A DNA stretch of 64,000 nt from positions 9,092 to 73,091 of the forward strand of contig DATDZB010000001.1 in the NCBI GenBank assembly GCA_035288845.1. Direction: 5' to 3'. A program made the position numbers and the translations under genes. This document shows positions 46,481 through 54,687 of the stretch, in pieces. Source of the DNA: Candidatus Nanoarchaeia archaeon. Its GTDB lineage: Archaea > Nanobdellota > Nanobdellia > SCGC-AAA011-G17 > GW2011-AR18. Position 1 is the first letter of the stretch, and each line of letters starts with the position of its first letter. The notes below the pieces were generated by a model. The model was not told where the DNA came from and searched no databases. It saw only the letters and a program-made list of their open reading frames with translations.

Positions 46481-48445
46481 TTATTCTCTAACTTTTTTTC
46501 TAGATCTACTATCAATAAGGTTGTAAGCATTTCCACCAGGCATTATTGATTCAAATGAATTACTAGGAACCTTAGGTCCAGATAATTTAACTCTATTAGA
46601 TTGACTATCTGTTGTAAAAGTAGATCCTTTCCTATAAAGTACTAAAGAAAGGTAAGCAGGACTGCCATCAACAACATCTGCTCCAGTAGTTCCAACCTCA
46701 CCTACTAATTGTCCTCTTTCAATTTTATCTCCTTTAGATACATGTGTTCTTCCTAAATTTCCATATAAAGCAAAATTTCCATCATCTAATTCTGCTATAA
46801 CTGTAGTTCCGTAAGATACTTCATCTTGATAATATCCTGTATGAATAATTTTACCTCTAGATATTGCCCTAATTTGTGTTCCAGCATCAGCAACATAAAT
46901 GCTTCCAGCAGGTCTAGGTCCTTTTTTAAATTTCTTTGCCTTTAAAGTATTTAATCCATGAACACTAGTAAAGTTTATATTTGATCCACCAACCATAACC
47001 CATCCTGTAATTGGAAGATCATATCTTAAAAAGTCTGAAATTTGTTCTGGATCTACTAAAATTTTACCTGAAAAGTCTGCTAAAAAGCTTCCATCCAACG
47101 TATAAAAACCAGGTCCTGTATTATCAATTCTAGGAATTTTAATATATGTTTCTATTCCATTTAATTCTTGGCGAATATCTGCAAGTTCTTTATTTGCAGC
47201 AGCAAGTTTTTTTCTTTCAGATTCATTAGGCATAAATGCTAAAGCTGCAAATGCAGTACCAGCAACTAATCCAGCTAATCCGCCTGTGAAAAGAAACATA
47301 TTTCTCCAAGTATTATTATTTTCTTTTATTCTTGAGTTTAATCTTTCAACGCCAGCTAATCTAGAAGTTTCTATAGAGCCATAAAGTGTATCATGCTCAA
47401 TATCTTTTTGTTTGCTAAAATAACCAGCTATTTTACCAGGTATCTCTAACACACCTTCTAATAATTTTTCAGCCTTCGTATAAAGAGTTGGTCTTATTCC
47501 AGAAACTTCTGAATCTTCTTTTGGTTTTGCTTTAACTTTCTCTGAAACTTCTTCCAACTTAACTTCTGGTTTTTTCATTCCAGTTCTTTTTGAAATTGGA
47601 GTTCCTCCAATAGAAGGTGAAACTGTACCACCATTAAGAACTGTTTCTATAGCTACACCACTTGATTCTGAATTTCCTGCAACATAAGCTATATGTTGAC
47701 TCATATCTGGCAAACTTGGATGTCCTTCAAGTTTAGCATCTTCTAATTGATCGTTAGTGATTTCTAAAGTTGGATCTTTTCTAAGTATTGTAGGAGGAAT
47801 TCTTGGTTGCCTTTGACCTTCATCATTATGAAATGCTGTTGCTTCATCTGCTAATTTTTCTAATAAGCCTTTTCCTTCTTGATCAGCAATAATTCTTTTT
47901 GGATCTATTCTAGTAGAAGGTTTTTCAGGTTTAGCTATAACAGCATCTCCAACTCTGCCAACCCTATGTAATCTTTGACCTAAATATCTTCCTTCAAGTT
48001 CTCTATCAGCTGGCTTATGAATTGAAGCAGCAACATCTGTTTCTTGATCATACCTTTGCATACTTGGAAGAAGTGGAGGAGGTTGATAAGCAGGAACCTT
48101 TTCTTTGCTTGAAGGTGTATCTCTTTTCAATAATGTCGGAACAGCACCATCAGTTCTAGGTTCATAAAATGGTGCTCTATCTTCAGTATGAGCTTGATTT
48201 GGAATAGCTTGAGCAAGCCCATCAGTTTGAAGAGAATCACTTGGCAAAAATTCTCTTTCTGCACGTTCTGTTAAATTTTTCCCTCTTAATGTGCTTAGGC
48301 TCTCTCTATTTGCAGGAACCTTTCTCTCTCTTACAGCATGAGTAACTTCTTTACTTTCTGGATTCATTGGTCTTATAGGTCTTTTAGTAGCCATGAAAAA
48401 AATAGTAGGAATAACTTTATAAGATTTACTATGGCCAAGTAGCAA
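46481..48445 (-). CDS. Paralogous bitopic membrane protein with a C-terminal degenerate LytM/M23-like domain.
   Basis: A roughly 390-aa disordered N-terminal region is followed by a TM segment (FLFTGGLAGLVAGTAFAALAF) and a coiled coil. The C-terminal domain aligns to the M23 consensus but lacks the HxxxD and HxH ligands (SIYVADAGTQIRAISRGKII...YGTTVIAELDDGNFALYGNLGRTHVSKGDKIERGQLVGEVGTTG...YLSLVLY). It shares the ILVDxxxIxxFLxYxLP segment with the upstream paralog. Confidence 0.55.
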   Translation of the reverse strand: MLLGHSKSYKVIPTIFFMATKRPIRPMNPESKEVTHAVRERKVPANRESLSTLRGKNLTERAEREFLPSDSLQTDGLAQAIPNQAHTEDRAPFYEPRTDGAVPTLLKRDTPSSKEKVPAYQPPPLLPSMQRYDQETDVAASIHKPADRELEGRYLGQRLHRVGRVGDAVIAKPEKPSTRIDPKRIIADQEGKGLLEKLADEATAFHNDEGQRQPRIPPTILRKDPTLEITNDQLEDAKLEGHPSLPDMSQHIAYVAGNSESSGVAIETVLNGGTVSPSIGGTPISKRTGMKKPEVKLEEVSEKVKAKPKEDSEVSGIRPTLYTKAEKLLEGVLEIPGKIAGYFSKQKDIEHDTLYGSIETSRLAGVERLNSRIKENNNTWRNMFLFTGGLAGLVAGTAFAALAFMPNESERKKLAAANKELADIRQELNGIETYIKIPRIDNTGPGFYTLDGSFLADFSGKILVDPEQISDFLRYDLPITGWVMVGGSNINFTSVHGLNTLKAKKFKKGPRPAGSIYVADAGTQIRAISRGKIIHTGYYQDEVSYGTTVIAELDDGNFALYGNLGRTHVSKGDKIERGQLVGEVGTTGADVVDGSPAYLSLVLYRKGSTFTTDSQSNRVKLSGPKVPSNSFESIMPGGNAYNLIDSRSRKKVRE

Positions 48446-48492
48446 TAAAGTATATGCCTTATATATAAATACTAATCATCAAATATCAAAAA

Positions 48493-49110
48493 ATGAAACA
48501 ATTAATTGCTGAAGGTGCAGAAGCAAAAATCTACAAAAATGGTTCTTTAATAATAAAAGAAAGAATTCCTAAAAAATACAGAATTAAAGAATTAGATAAC
48601 AAAATAAGAAGGTATAGAACAAGAAGAGAAATTTCTATTTTACAAAAAACTTCTCAATTAATTAACACACCAAAATTAAAACAAGGATCTTCAGAAAGTA
48701 ATTTTATAATAGTTATGGATTTTATTAAAGGAAAAAAACTTGCAGATTGTTTAGATAAATTAAATGAGAAAGAAAGAACAGAAATATGTAAAAAAATAGG
48801 AAAACAAATTGCAGTTCTACATAATAACAATATTATTCATGGAGATTTAACAACTTCAAATATGATTTTAAATAAAAATGAAATTTATTTTATTGATTTT
48901 GGTTTAAGCTTCATAGATCAAAAACCAGAACATAAAGCAGTAGATTTACATTTAATAAAACAAGCTTTAGAAAGTAAACATTATAAAAATTTCGAATCAA
49001 GTTTTAAAAATATCATTGAAAGTTACAAAGAAAATTCTAAAAATTATAAAGAAATTCTAGATAGATTAATAAAAGTTGAATCAAGAGGAAGATACAAGTT
49101 AAAGAATTAA
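48493..49110 (+). CDS. bud32: KEOPS kinase Bud32 (Kae1-associated kinase).
   Basis: It has LIAEGAEAKIY and the catalytic motifs IIHGDLTTSNMIL and FIDFGLS. It is 205 aa. Confidence 0.75.
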   Translation: MKQLIAEGAEAKIYKNGSLIIKERIPKKYRIKELDNKIRRYRTRREISILQKTSQLINTPKLKQGSSESNFIIVMDFIKGKKLADCLDKLNEKERTEICKKIGKQIAVLHNNNIIHGDLTTSNMILNKNEIYFIDFGLSFIDQKPEHKAVDLHLIKQALESKHYKNFESSFKNIIESYKENSKNYKEILDRLIKVESRGRYKLKN

Positions 49111-49163
49111 TTGAAAGATTAGAATTATTAAAAGACACAAAGTTTTATAAAAAGTTACATGAC

Positions 49164-49337
49164 TCAATTAATAGCCCTAAGTAGATATATCTTGGAAGCA
49201 GCCCCGTCGAACATTTACGCAATTGCGTTTTGTGCGGAATCTAGCGGCCCAGGATAGTGGCCTTTGGAGGATTATTCCTAAGAAAGCCATTGACGGCAGA
49301 AAATTATGTCGAATTCAAATCTGCCCGGGGCTATTAA
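49164..49337. other. GC-rich (~48%) element of about 175 nt bounded by perfect 11-bp inverted repeats. It is a candidate structured ncRNA or a MITE-like insertion.
   Basis: ATTAATAGCCC at 49164-49174 is the reverse complement of GGGCTATTAAT at 49327-49337. The internal 10-nt palindrome AGATATATCT lies at ~49180-49189. A GGCC..GGCC hairpin is present. The GC content is far above the local ~28%. Confidence 0.35.
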
Positions 49338-49372
49338 TCTTCTACGATAAAATTTAAAAACAGAAAACAATC

Positions 49373-49756
49373 TTGGATAATATGGGTAGATCAGCATATG
49401 GGGCTAGTTATGAAAGTGTAGAAACAATTCTAAATGGATTTAATCCTCCTGGAAAATTTTATAATAAATTAATGCTTGCAGGTAAAAATTATGCAGATGC
49501 TAGATTAATGTTTGAAATTGCAAGAGATAAAGAATATGGATGGTTTGAGCAAGTTCAAGAAGAATTAGATCAACGTTATACTAATTTTTTAACACAAATT
49601 AATTTAATAAATGATAGATTAAAAAGTAAAGGAAGTACTTATCAAATCCCAACAAATCCATTAAATGTTCATAGATTACTAGAAGGAATAAAAGGAAGAA
49701 TAATACATTCTAGAAGAGCCTTACCTTCTTCAAAAAGTTTAGAAAATGATTTATAA
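49373..49756 (+). CDS. Hypothetical protein, first of two tandem paralogs.
   Basis: It is 127 aa. The C-terminus LEGIKGRIIHSRRA parallels VADIRGHHTIHRKA of the next ORF. Confidence 0.4.
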   Translation: MDNMGRSAYGASYESVETILNGFNPPGKFYNKLMLAGKNYADARLMFEIARDKEYGWFEQVQEELDQRYTNFLTQINLINDRLKSKGSTYQIPTNPLNVHRLLEGIKGRIIHSRRALPSSKSLENDL

Positions 49757-49822
49757 AAATCAAGAAAAGTTAAATCACCACTAAATAGTAATGTTTATAA
49801 AATTTACAGTCTCTACAATTTC

Positions 49823-50149
49823 ATGGAATATAAAACTTTTTTAGATGGGTTCAAACAAGTTGATCCACAATTTGAATTATACGGGTCTTTTGTTTTATCT
49901 GCTGTTGCTTATTATGAAGCTAGAGTTGCATCTTCAACAGCAAGTGTTGCTGGAGCACATGATTCTATAGCTTTAAATGCTGAAACAGAAAGCTGCTTAA
50001 GAGATCTAAAAATAAGAACTACAGCTATAAATGAAAAATTAGCTGCAAAAGAATTACCAGCAATCCCTTCAAGTGGAGAAGCTTTAGACGATTTAGTTGC
50101 AGATATTAGAGGCCACCATACTATACATAGAAAAGCTTCAAACGCTTAA
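49823..50149 (+). CDS. Hypothetical protein, the paralog of the preceding gene.
   Basis: It is 108 aa and shares the Y..L.LA...Y.EAR and C-terminal I+G..IH.+A motifs. Confidence 0.4.
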   Translation: MEYKTFLDGFKQVDPQFELYGSFVLSAVAYYEARVASSTASVAGAHDSIALNAETESCLRDLKIRTTAINEKLAAKELPAIPSSGEALDDLVADIRGHHTIHRKASNA

Positions 50150-50202
50150 TTCTTAAAAGATAAACTAAAAACCTTTATAAATAGTAATTTTTCTCTAAAT
50201 TT

Positions 50203-50655
50203 ATGGCAAGAATGTATTCCCGTAAAAAAGGAAAAGCAGGAAGTAAAAAACCTTTAGTAAAATCACCTCAATCATGGTTAAATTATTCTAAAGAAGAAGT
50301 AGAGCAATTAGTAATAAAATTCGGAAAAGCAGGAAAGTCTACTTCAGAAATAGGAATTACTTTAAGAGACAATTACGGAATCCCAGATGTTTATAAATTA
50401 ACAAGTAAAAGAGTAAAAACAATTTTAAATGAAAATAAAATAGAACATAAAATACCTGAAGACTTATCAAATTTAATTAAAAAAGAAATTACAATACTTA
50501 AACATTTAGAAATAGGAAAAAAAGATATGCCTTCACACAGAGGTTTATTATTAACAAATTCTAAAATTAAAAGACTAGTAAAATACTACAAAAGAAAAGG
50601 CATACTTCCTGCAGATTGGAAATATAGCAGAGATCAAGCTAAGTTAACAATTTAA
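50203..50655 (+). CDS. rps15: Ribosomal protein S15 (uS15, S13e type).
   Basis: MARMYSRKKGKAGSKKP ... LLLTNSKIKRLVKYYKRKGILPADWKY. Confidence 0.85.
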   Translation: MARMYSRKKGKAGSKKPLVKSPQSWLNYSKEEVEQLVIKFGKAGKSTSEIGITLRDNYGIPDVYKLTSKRVKTILNENKIEHKIPEDLSNLIKKEITILKHLEIGKKDMPSHRGLLLTNSKIKRLVKYYKRKGILPADWKYSRDQAKLTI

Positions 50656-50659
50656 TATT

Positions 50660-51910
50660 ATGCTTTCAACTGATGAAATTAAAGTTAAAAACAAGTTAAT
50701 AGATTTAGAGCTTCCAATTATTTTATTTTCTAGATGTTCAAAAGAAGGAATTGCTTCAGCTTCAATTTTAGCAAAGACATTGCAAAGATTAAATAAAAAT
50801 TTCTCTTTAATATTTTTTAATAATTTAGATGATAACAAATTAACAGAATTAAAAACACATAGAAGCGAACAAGTTGTTATTTTAGATCCATTAGAAACTG
50901 AAAAAATACATAATTATTTGTATTTGTTTAGAACAGAAAAAACAGTTTCAGAAAAATGTTTTGAAGTAGCTAAGTCTATTGATTCAAAAAATATTGATTT
51001 AATTTATTTAACTTTAATTTCTTTAGAAAATGTAAATAATAAGTCATTAATAGAAGAAACTGAAAATTCAGGAAAAGTAAAAAGAATAAAAGGTCTAAAA
51101 ATTCTTGGTTCAAATACAAGACCAATAAACAAAACAATTGAATTATCTATAGATCCATTTATTGTAAGTTTTTCAGGTTCAGAAGAAAACTCAATTAATT
51201 TATTTAAAGATTCAGGAATAAGTTTGAAAACTGCAGAATCATGGACTTGTTTAATGGATTTAAATGAACTGCAGATTGAAAAGTTAATTACTTCTTTATC
51301 TCTAAACCAATATCCAATTGATGAACTATATGAAACAAGATTTATTTTAACAGATGAAAAAAGAAATAGTCCATTTAAAGACGTTCATGAGTTTTCTTTA
51401 TTTTTAGAAGCATGTATTAATTGTAAAAAACCTAGTATAGCAGTTGCTAAATGTCTTAATAGTATTTCATTTACAAATAGATCATTAGAATTATTAAAAG
51501 ATTATAGACAAGACATAATCAAAGCCTTGTCTTTATTCTATATATCAAAAGATGATTCAATAATAAAAGAAAAAGAAAATTGTATAATTATAAATTACAA
51601 AAATTTAGTTTCAGAAAATATTTTACATAAAGTAGTTGATTTAATACAAAACTCTAAAATTTATGAGAAAAAGAAAAGAATTGTTGCTATTTGCCAAACA
51701 CAATTAGAAGAATTAAAATGTGTTATTTCATTTTTTGACAATAAATCAGATGCAAATATTAAGAATTTAATAAGTTCTTTACCTGGTGAAATAAAAGTAG
51801 AAAATCTAGAAAATTGTATAATATTAAATTCTAGTTTAGATTTAGAAAACAAAATTCTTGAGTTAATTCTAGAACATATAGAATCTGTAAGAATAGAAGA
51901 AATAAATTAA
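50660..51910 (+). CDS. RecJ-like DHH-superfamily protein with degenerate catalytic motifs (Cdc45/GAN-like, probably non-nucleolytic).
   Basis: It lies downstream of rps15, as GAN does in Thermococcales. ASASILAKTL matches the GAN motif-I neighbourhood. However, the DHH motifs read FSRCSKEG (for HxDxDG) and ILDPLETE (for DHH). Confidence 0.5.
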   Translation: MLSTDEIKVKNKLIDLELPIILFSRCSKEGIASASILAKTLQRLNKNFSLIFFNNLDDNKLTELKTHRSEQVVILDPLETEKIHNYLYLFRTEKTVSEKCFEVAKSIDSKNIDLIYLTLISLENVNNKSLIEETENSGKVKRIKGLKILGSNTRPINKTIELSIDPFIVSFSGSEENSINLFKDSGISLKTAESWTCLMDLNELQIEKLITSLSLNQYPIDELYETRFILTDEKRNSPFKDVHEFSLFLEACINCKKPSIAVAKCLNSISFTNRSLELLKDYRQDIIKALSLFYISKDDSIIKEKENCIIINYKNLVSENILHKVVDLIQNSKIYEKKKRIVAICQTQLEELKCVISFFDNKSDANIKNLISSLPGEIKVENLENCIILNSSLDLENKILELILEHIESVRIEEIN

Positions 51911-51945
51911 TAAACATTGAAAATATCTAATTAAAAGTTTAACTT

Positions 51946-52281
51946 ATGGTAGACGGACATAAAATAATTGAAAGTGTTAAAATAGAAATTTTTCTTGAAA
52001 AAATTAAGTTTATTGATAAAAATGATATTGAAGCAATAGATGAACATGCATTTTTTCGTTTAAACATAAAAGATAGGAAGACTTTTAAAGATAAAATAAT
52101 TAATGAATATTTATTAGGTGCCGACCCAATATTTGTAGGCATACAGAAAAATGAAGCTTGGGTTGTAATATATAATTATAATAAAGAGCAAGCTTTAAAA
52201 ATTATACTAAATATAGGATTAAATAAAGTATTAATAATTACATTTTATATTATAAATAAAAATAATATTCCACGAATATGA
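51946..52281 (+). CDS. DUF4258-like small protein, the putative toxin partner.
   Basis: It is 111 aa. The HAFFRLNIKDRKTFKDKIINEYL motif is HA..R...R-type. Its stop overlaps the next gene's start. Confidence 0.35.
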   Translation: MVDGHKIIESVKIEIFLEKIKFIDKNDIEAIDEHAFFRLNIKDRKTFKDKIINEYLLGADPIFVGIQKNEAWVVIYNYNKEQALKIILNIGLNKVLIITFYIINKNNIPRI

Positions 52282-52661
52282 AAAAATCAGAAAAAATATT
52301 AAAAGGAAAAGGACAAGCAGACTATGATTATAAAAATGATATTCTCTTTTTTAAAACAATTAATAGAAAATATAGTTCATCTTTAGAAGCAATAAACTTA
52401 GTTTTAGATCTAGATGATGAAAATTTTTTAATAGGTATTCAGATATTTGAAGCATCTAAATATTTAGGTTTTTCTAAAAAACAGCTCTTAAATATCAAAG
52501 CATGGCAATATCAAGCTAGAATTCATGAAGGACAAATAGAGTTAAAACTTGCTTTCACAATAATGGAAAGAAATAAATTAAAAAATAATGAGAAGGTAAT
52601 AATAAATCAACCTTCACCAGAATATATTCAAGAAACCCCGATAATGGTTTGTGAAGCTTAG
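52278..52661 (+). CDS. DUF2283-like small protein.
   Basis: The DYDYKNDILFF motif resembles the YDxExDxLYI signature of DUF2283. Confidence 0.4.
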   Translation: MKKSEKILKGKGQADYDYKNDILFFKTINRKYSSSLEAINLVLDLDDENFLIGIQIFEASKYLGFSKKQLLNIKAWQYQARIHEGQIELKLAFTIMERNKLKNNEKVIINQPSPEYIQETPIMVCEA

Positions 52662-52725
52662 TTTATTAAAATCTATAAATTCTAACTAAAAACCTTTATA
52701 AACCCTTAAAATTCCCAAATCTAAA

Positions 52726-53310
52726 ATGGCTGAACAACCAGAAAAAGTACATGTAAAGGATCTGAAGAAAAAGAAGAAAAAATGGCTTACTATTTTAGCT
52801 AGTCATGAATTCAGAGGCCAAGAAATAGGCGAAACTTACATAGAAGAACCTGAACATGCATTGGGAAGACATCTTAAAGTTAATTTAATGACTTTAACTA
52901 AAGATCCGAAAAGACAAAATTATAATGTTTATTTTAAAATTACAGAAGTTAAGAATAATCAGGCTTTAACAGAATTAGTAGCTTATAAAATGCAGTTAGC
53001 TCAAATAAAGAAAATAACCAAAAAAGCTAGAAACAAAATTGAAGATTCTGAAGTATTTGAAACTAAAGATAAGAAAAAAATGGTTATTAAACCAGCTTTT
53101 GTAACTAAAAGCATGACTTATAAAACATCATTGTCATCTGTAAGATTAGAAGCAAGAAAATTCTTAGCAGCATATGCTAAACAGACTGAAGCTTCTTTAA
53201 TTTTACAAGATATAATTATGAATAATTTACAAAGAGAATTAAAAAATGCAGTTAAAAAAATAGTTCCAGTTACAACTTGCAATATTAAGGCTGCTTATGT
53301 AGAAGAGTAA
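52726..53310 (+). CDS. rps3ae: Ribosomal protein S3Ae (eS1).
   Basis: KKKKKKWLTILASHEFRGQEIGETYIEEPEHALGRHLKVNLMTLT. It is 194 aa. Confidence 0.85.
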   Translation: MAEQPEKVHVKDLKKKKKKWLTILASHEFRGQEIGETYIEEPEHALGRHLKVNLMTLTKDPKRQNYNVYFKITEVKNNQALTELVAYKMQLAQIKKITKKARNKIEDSEVFETKDKKKMVIKPAFVTKSMTYKTSLSSVRLEARKFLAAYAKQTEASLILQDIIMNNLQRELKNAVKKIVPVTTCNIKAAYVEE

Positions 53311-53316
53311 ATCTTT
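53304..53316 (+). promoter_or_regulatory. TATA-like box upstream of tRNA-Thr.
   Basis: TCTTTTAAAGT is centred about 30 nt upstream of the tRNA 5' end. Confidence 0.3.
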
Positions 53317-53344
53317 TAAAGTAATTCTAGTTCGTTTTTCTTAA

Positions 53345-53474
53345 GCCACCGTGGCTCAATGGCAGAGCAGCTGACTTGTACCTGATCATCTGATGCTTAA
53401 TTGCAAATGATCTTAAGTGATCAGCAGGTTGGGGGTTCAACTTAGATTTTATCTATGAAAGTCCCTCCGGTGGC
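53345..53474 (+). tRNA. tRNA-Thr(UGU) with two introns, one canonical at 37/38 (39 nt) and one non-canonical (~20 nt) in the T-loop.
   Basis: The acceptor pairs GCCACCG with CGGTGGC. The D arm pairs GCTC with GAGC. The anticodon stem pairs GCTGA with TCAGC, and the loop reads CTTGTA, with intron 53381-53419. The variable region is AGGTT. The T stem pairs GGGGG with CCCTC around a 27-nt loop that starts TTCAA, which implies a ~20-nt insertion. The discriminator is T. Confidence 0.65.
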
Positions 53475-53535
53475 TTTATTATATTTAAAAGAATAAATAA
53501 TGAAATAAATAGGTGAAAAACCAACATCTATTAAT

Positions 53536-54138
53536 TTAATACCCTTTATGGATTACCAATTTAAATTTATTATTTTTTAATCTAGGTTTATTATAAATTT
53601 TTTGCAAGAGATAACCTATTATAAAAAGATGAAAGATATAACTAAAGATATGTTCAATTTGCATTGTAAGTCTCATAAAAATTGTTGATGAAATTTTTAT
53701 ATCCTCTGAAACATTCAAATAATATACAGAAGAACTAAAAATAGAGTGTTGAAATTTACCTTGCAATGGTAAATTATCTTCAGCCCATACTAGTCCACTT
53801 TGCTCTGAACTATAAAGGGCACCAAATAGAATTATTATGAAAAATGAAAATAAAAGATAACTTATAATTAAAAATGGAAGATTATAGCTTTGTAATAAGT
53901 TGTGAAATGCAATACTAGAGATAATGATTAAAATAAGCAATACCCCTAGGATTAAAAATAATACCTTCCAATTTAATAAAATTGGAGTAAATAAATAACT
54001 AACAACAAAAGAAAATAGAGCAAGAATATTTAAGATATTAATAACTTTCCAAAAGATATTCATTTCTTTCCAAGTTTTAATGAAATATTCTTTTATTTTT
54101 ATTCTAATAGGGCAATAATTACATAAATTTTCTTCCAT
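53536..54138 (-). CDS. Polytopic membrane protein, hypothetical.
   Basis: It is 200 aa with an N-terminal CxxC and four or more TM helices. Confidence 0.45.
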   Translation of the reverse strand: MEENLCNYCPIRIKIKEYFIKTWKEMNIFWKVINILNILALFSFVVSYLFTPILLNWKVLFLILGVLLILIIISSIAFHNLLQSYNLPFLIISYLLFSFFIIILFGALYSSEQSGLVWAEDNLPLQGKFQHSIFSSSVYYLNVSEDIKISSTIFMRLTMQIEHIFSYIFHLFIIGYLLQKIYNKPRLKNNKFKLVIHKGY

Positions 54139-54207
54139 AAATTAAATACCCTAAAGAACTATATAAATATATTTTAAGCCAATTAAATATACAAATCAAA
54201 GTAAAAA

Positions 54208-54312
54208 ATGGTAGGCATGTATGAAAGAAAAATTCAGACTAGTAGCACCTTGGAACAGTATATAACAAGGGAAGATGTTAACTATATAATTATAATTCCA
54301 AAAAAGAAATAA
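54208..54312 (+). pseudogene. Remnant of a HIT-like gene paralogous to the gene at 38816.
   Basis: The 34-aa ORF MVGMYERKIQTSSTLEQYITREDVNYIIIIPKKK matches HITREDGGHIMIIPKKDY of the 38816 product and then terminates. Confidence 0.25.
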
Positions 54313-54414
54313 TCTTTAAGTATGAAAAATCCAAATATTCTAATTAGAAATGAATAGAAATATTTATAAGTAAGCTTATCTTACTATAAGAATAACTTAT
54401 TAGAGAATATAAAT

Positions 54415-54687
54415 ATGACTATTGAAACTACGAAAATGTCTAGTAAAGGACAGATTGTAATTCCTCAAGATATGAGAGAGGAGTTAGGATTAGAAGAAGG
54501 AACATTATTTGTAGTAATAGGTACTAAAGATACAATTTTTCTTAAAAAATTAGAAATGCCTTCAAAAGAGAAGCTAATTAAAGATTTTCAAGAGATTGCG
54601 AAAGAAGGAAGGAAAAGAGCTGAAAAGTTAGGAATAAAATCTGAAAAAGATATTAACGAAATTATTCATAAATCAAGAAAAAAATGA
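54415..54687 (+). CDS. AbrB/SpoVT-family antitoxin.
   Basis: MSSKGQIVIPQDMREELGLEEGTLFVV is a swapped-hairpin motif. It is 90 aa and overlaps the downstream PIN gene by 4 nt. Confidence 0.6.
   Translation: MTIETTKMSSKGQIVIPQDMREELGLEEGTLFVVIGTKDTIFLKKLEMPSKEKLIKDFQEIAKEGRKRAEKLGIKSEKDINEIIHKSRKK

Noticed and set aside
49130-49372. The GC-rich element as 5S rRNA, RNase P RNA or SRP RNA.
   Set aside because: A CCCCGUCGAAC stretch vaguely recalls the 5S loop-C region and GAAAGCC recalls RNase P CR-I. However, positions, lengths and the required complementary partners (P4, helix I, helix 8 motifs) do not fit, and the element is far too short for SRP or RNase P RNA.
68-51852. Numerous 60-110 aa ORFs nested antisense or out of frame within larger genes.
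   Set aside because: Each is fully contained in a longer ORF with recognisable motifs or class III / TM features. AT-rich DNA readily yields such open frames. The ORFs concerned are those at 68-358, 1929-2155, 2851-3186, 3656-4089, 4228-4422, 7027-7215, 13302-13565, 13955-14191, 16849-17112, 17885-18124, 22641-22853, 23712-23930, 27426-27644, 29970-30206, 31042-31320, 36110-36292, 37198-37392, 40346-40582, 42516-42746, 42936-43151, 43872-44063, 45573-45776, 50644-50838 and 51661-51852.
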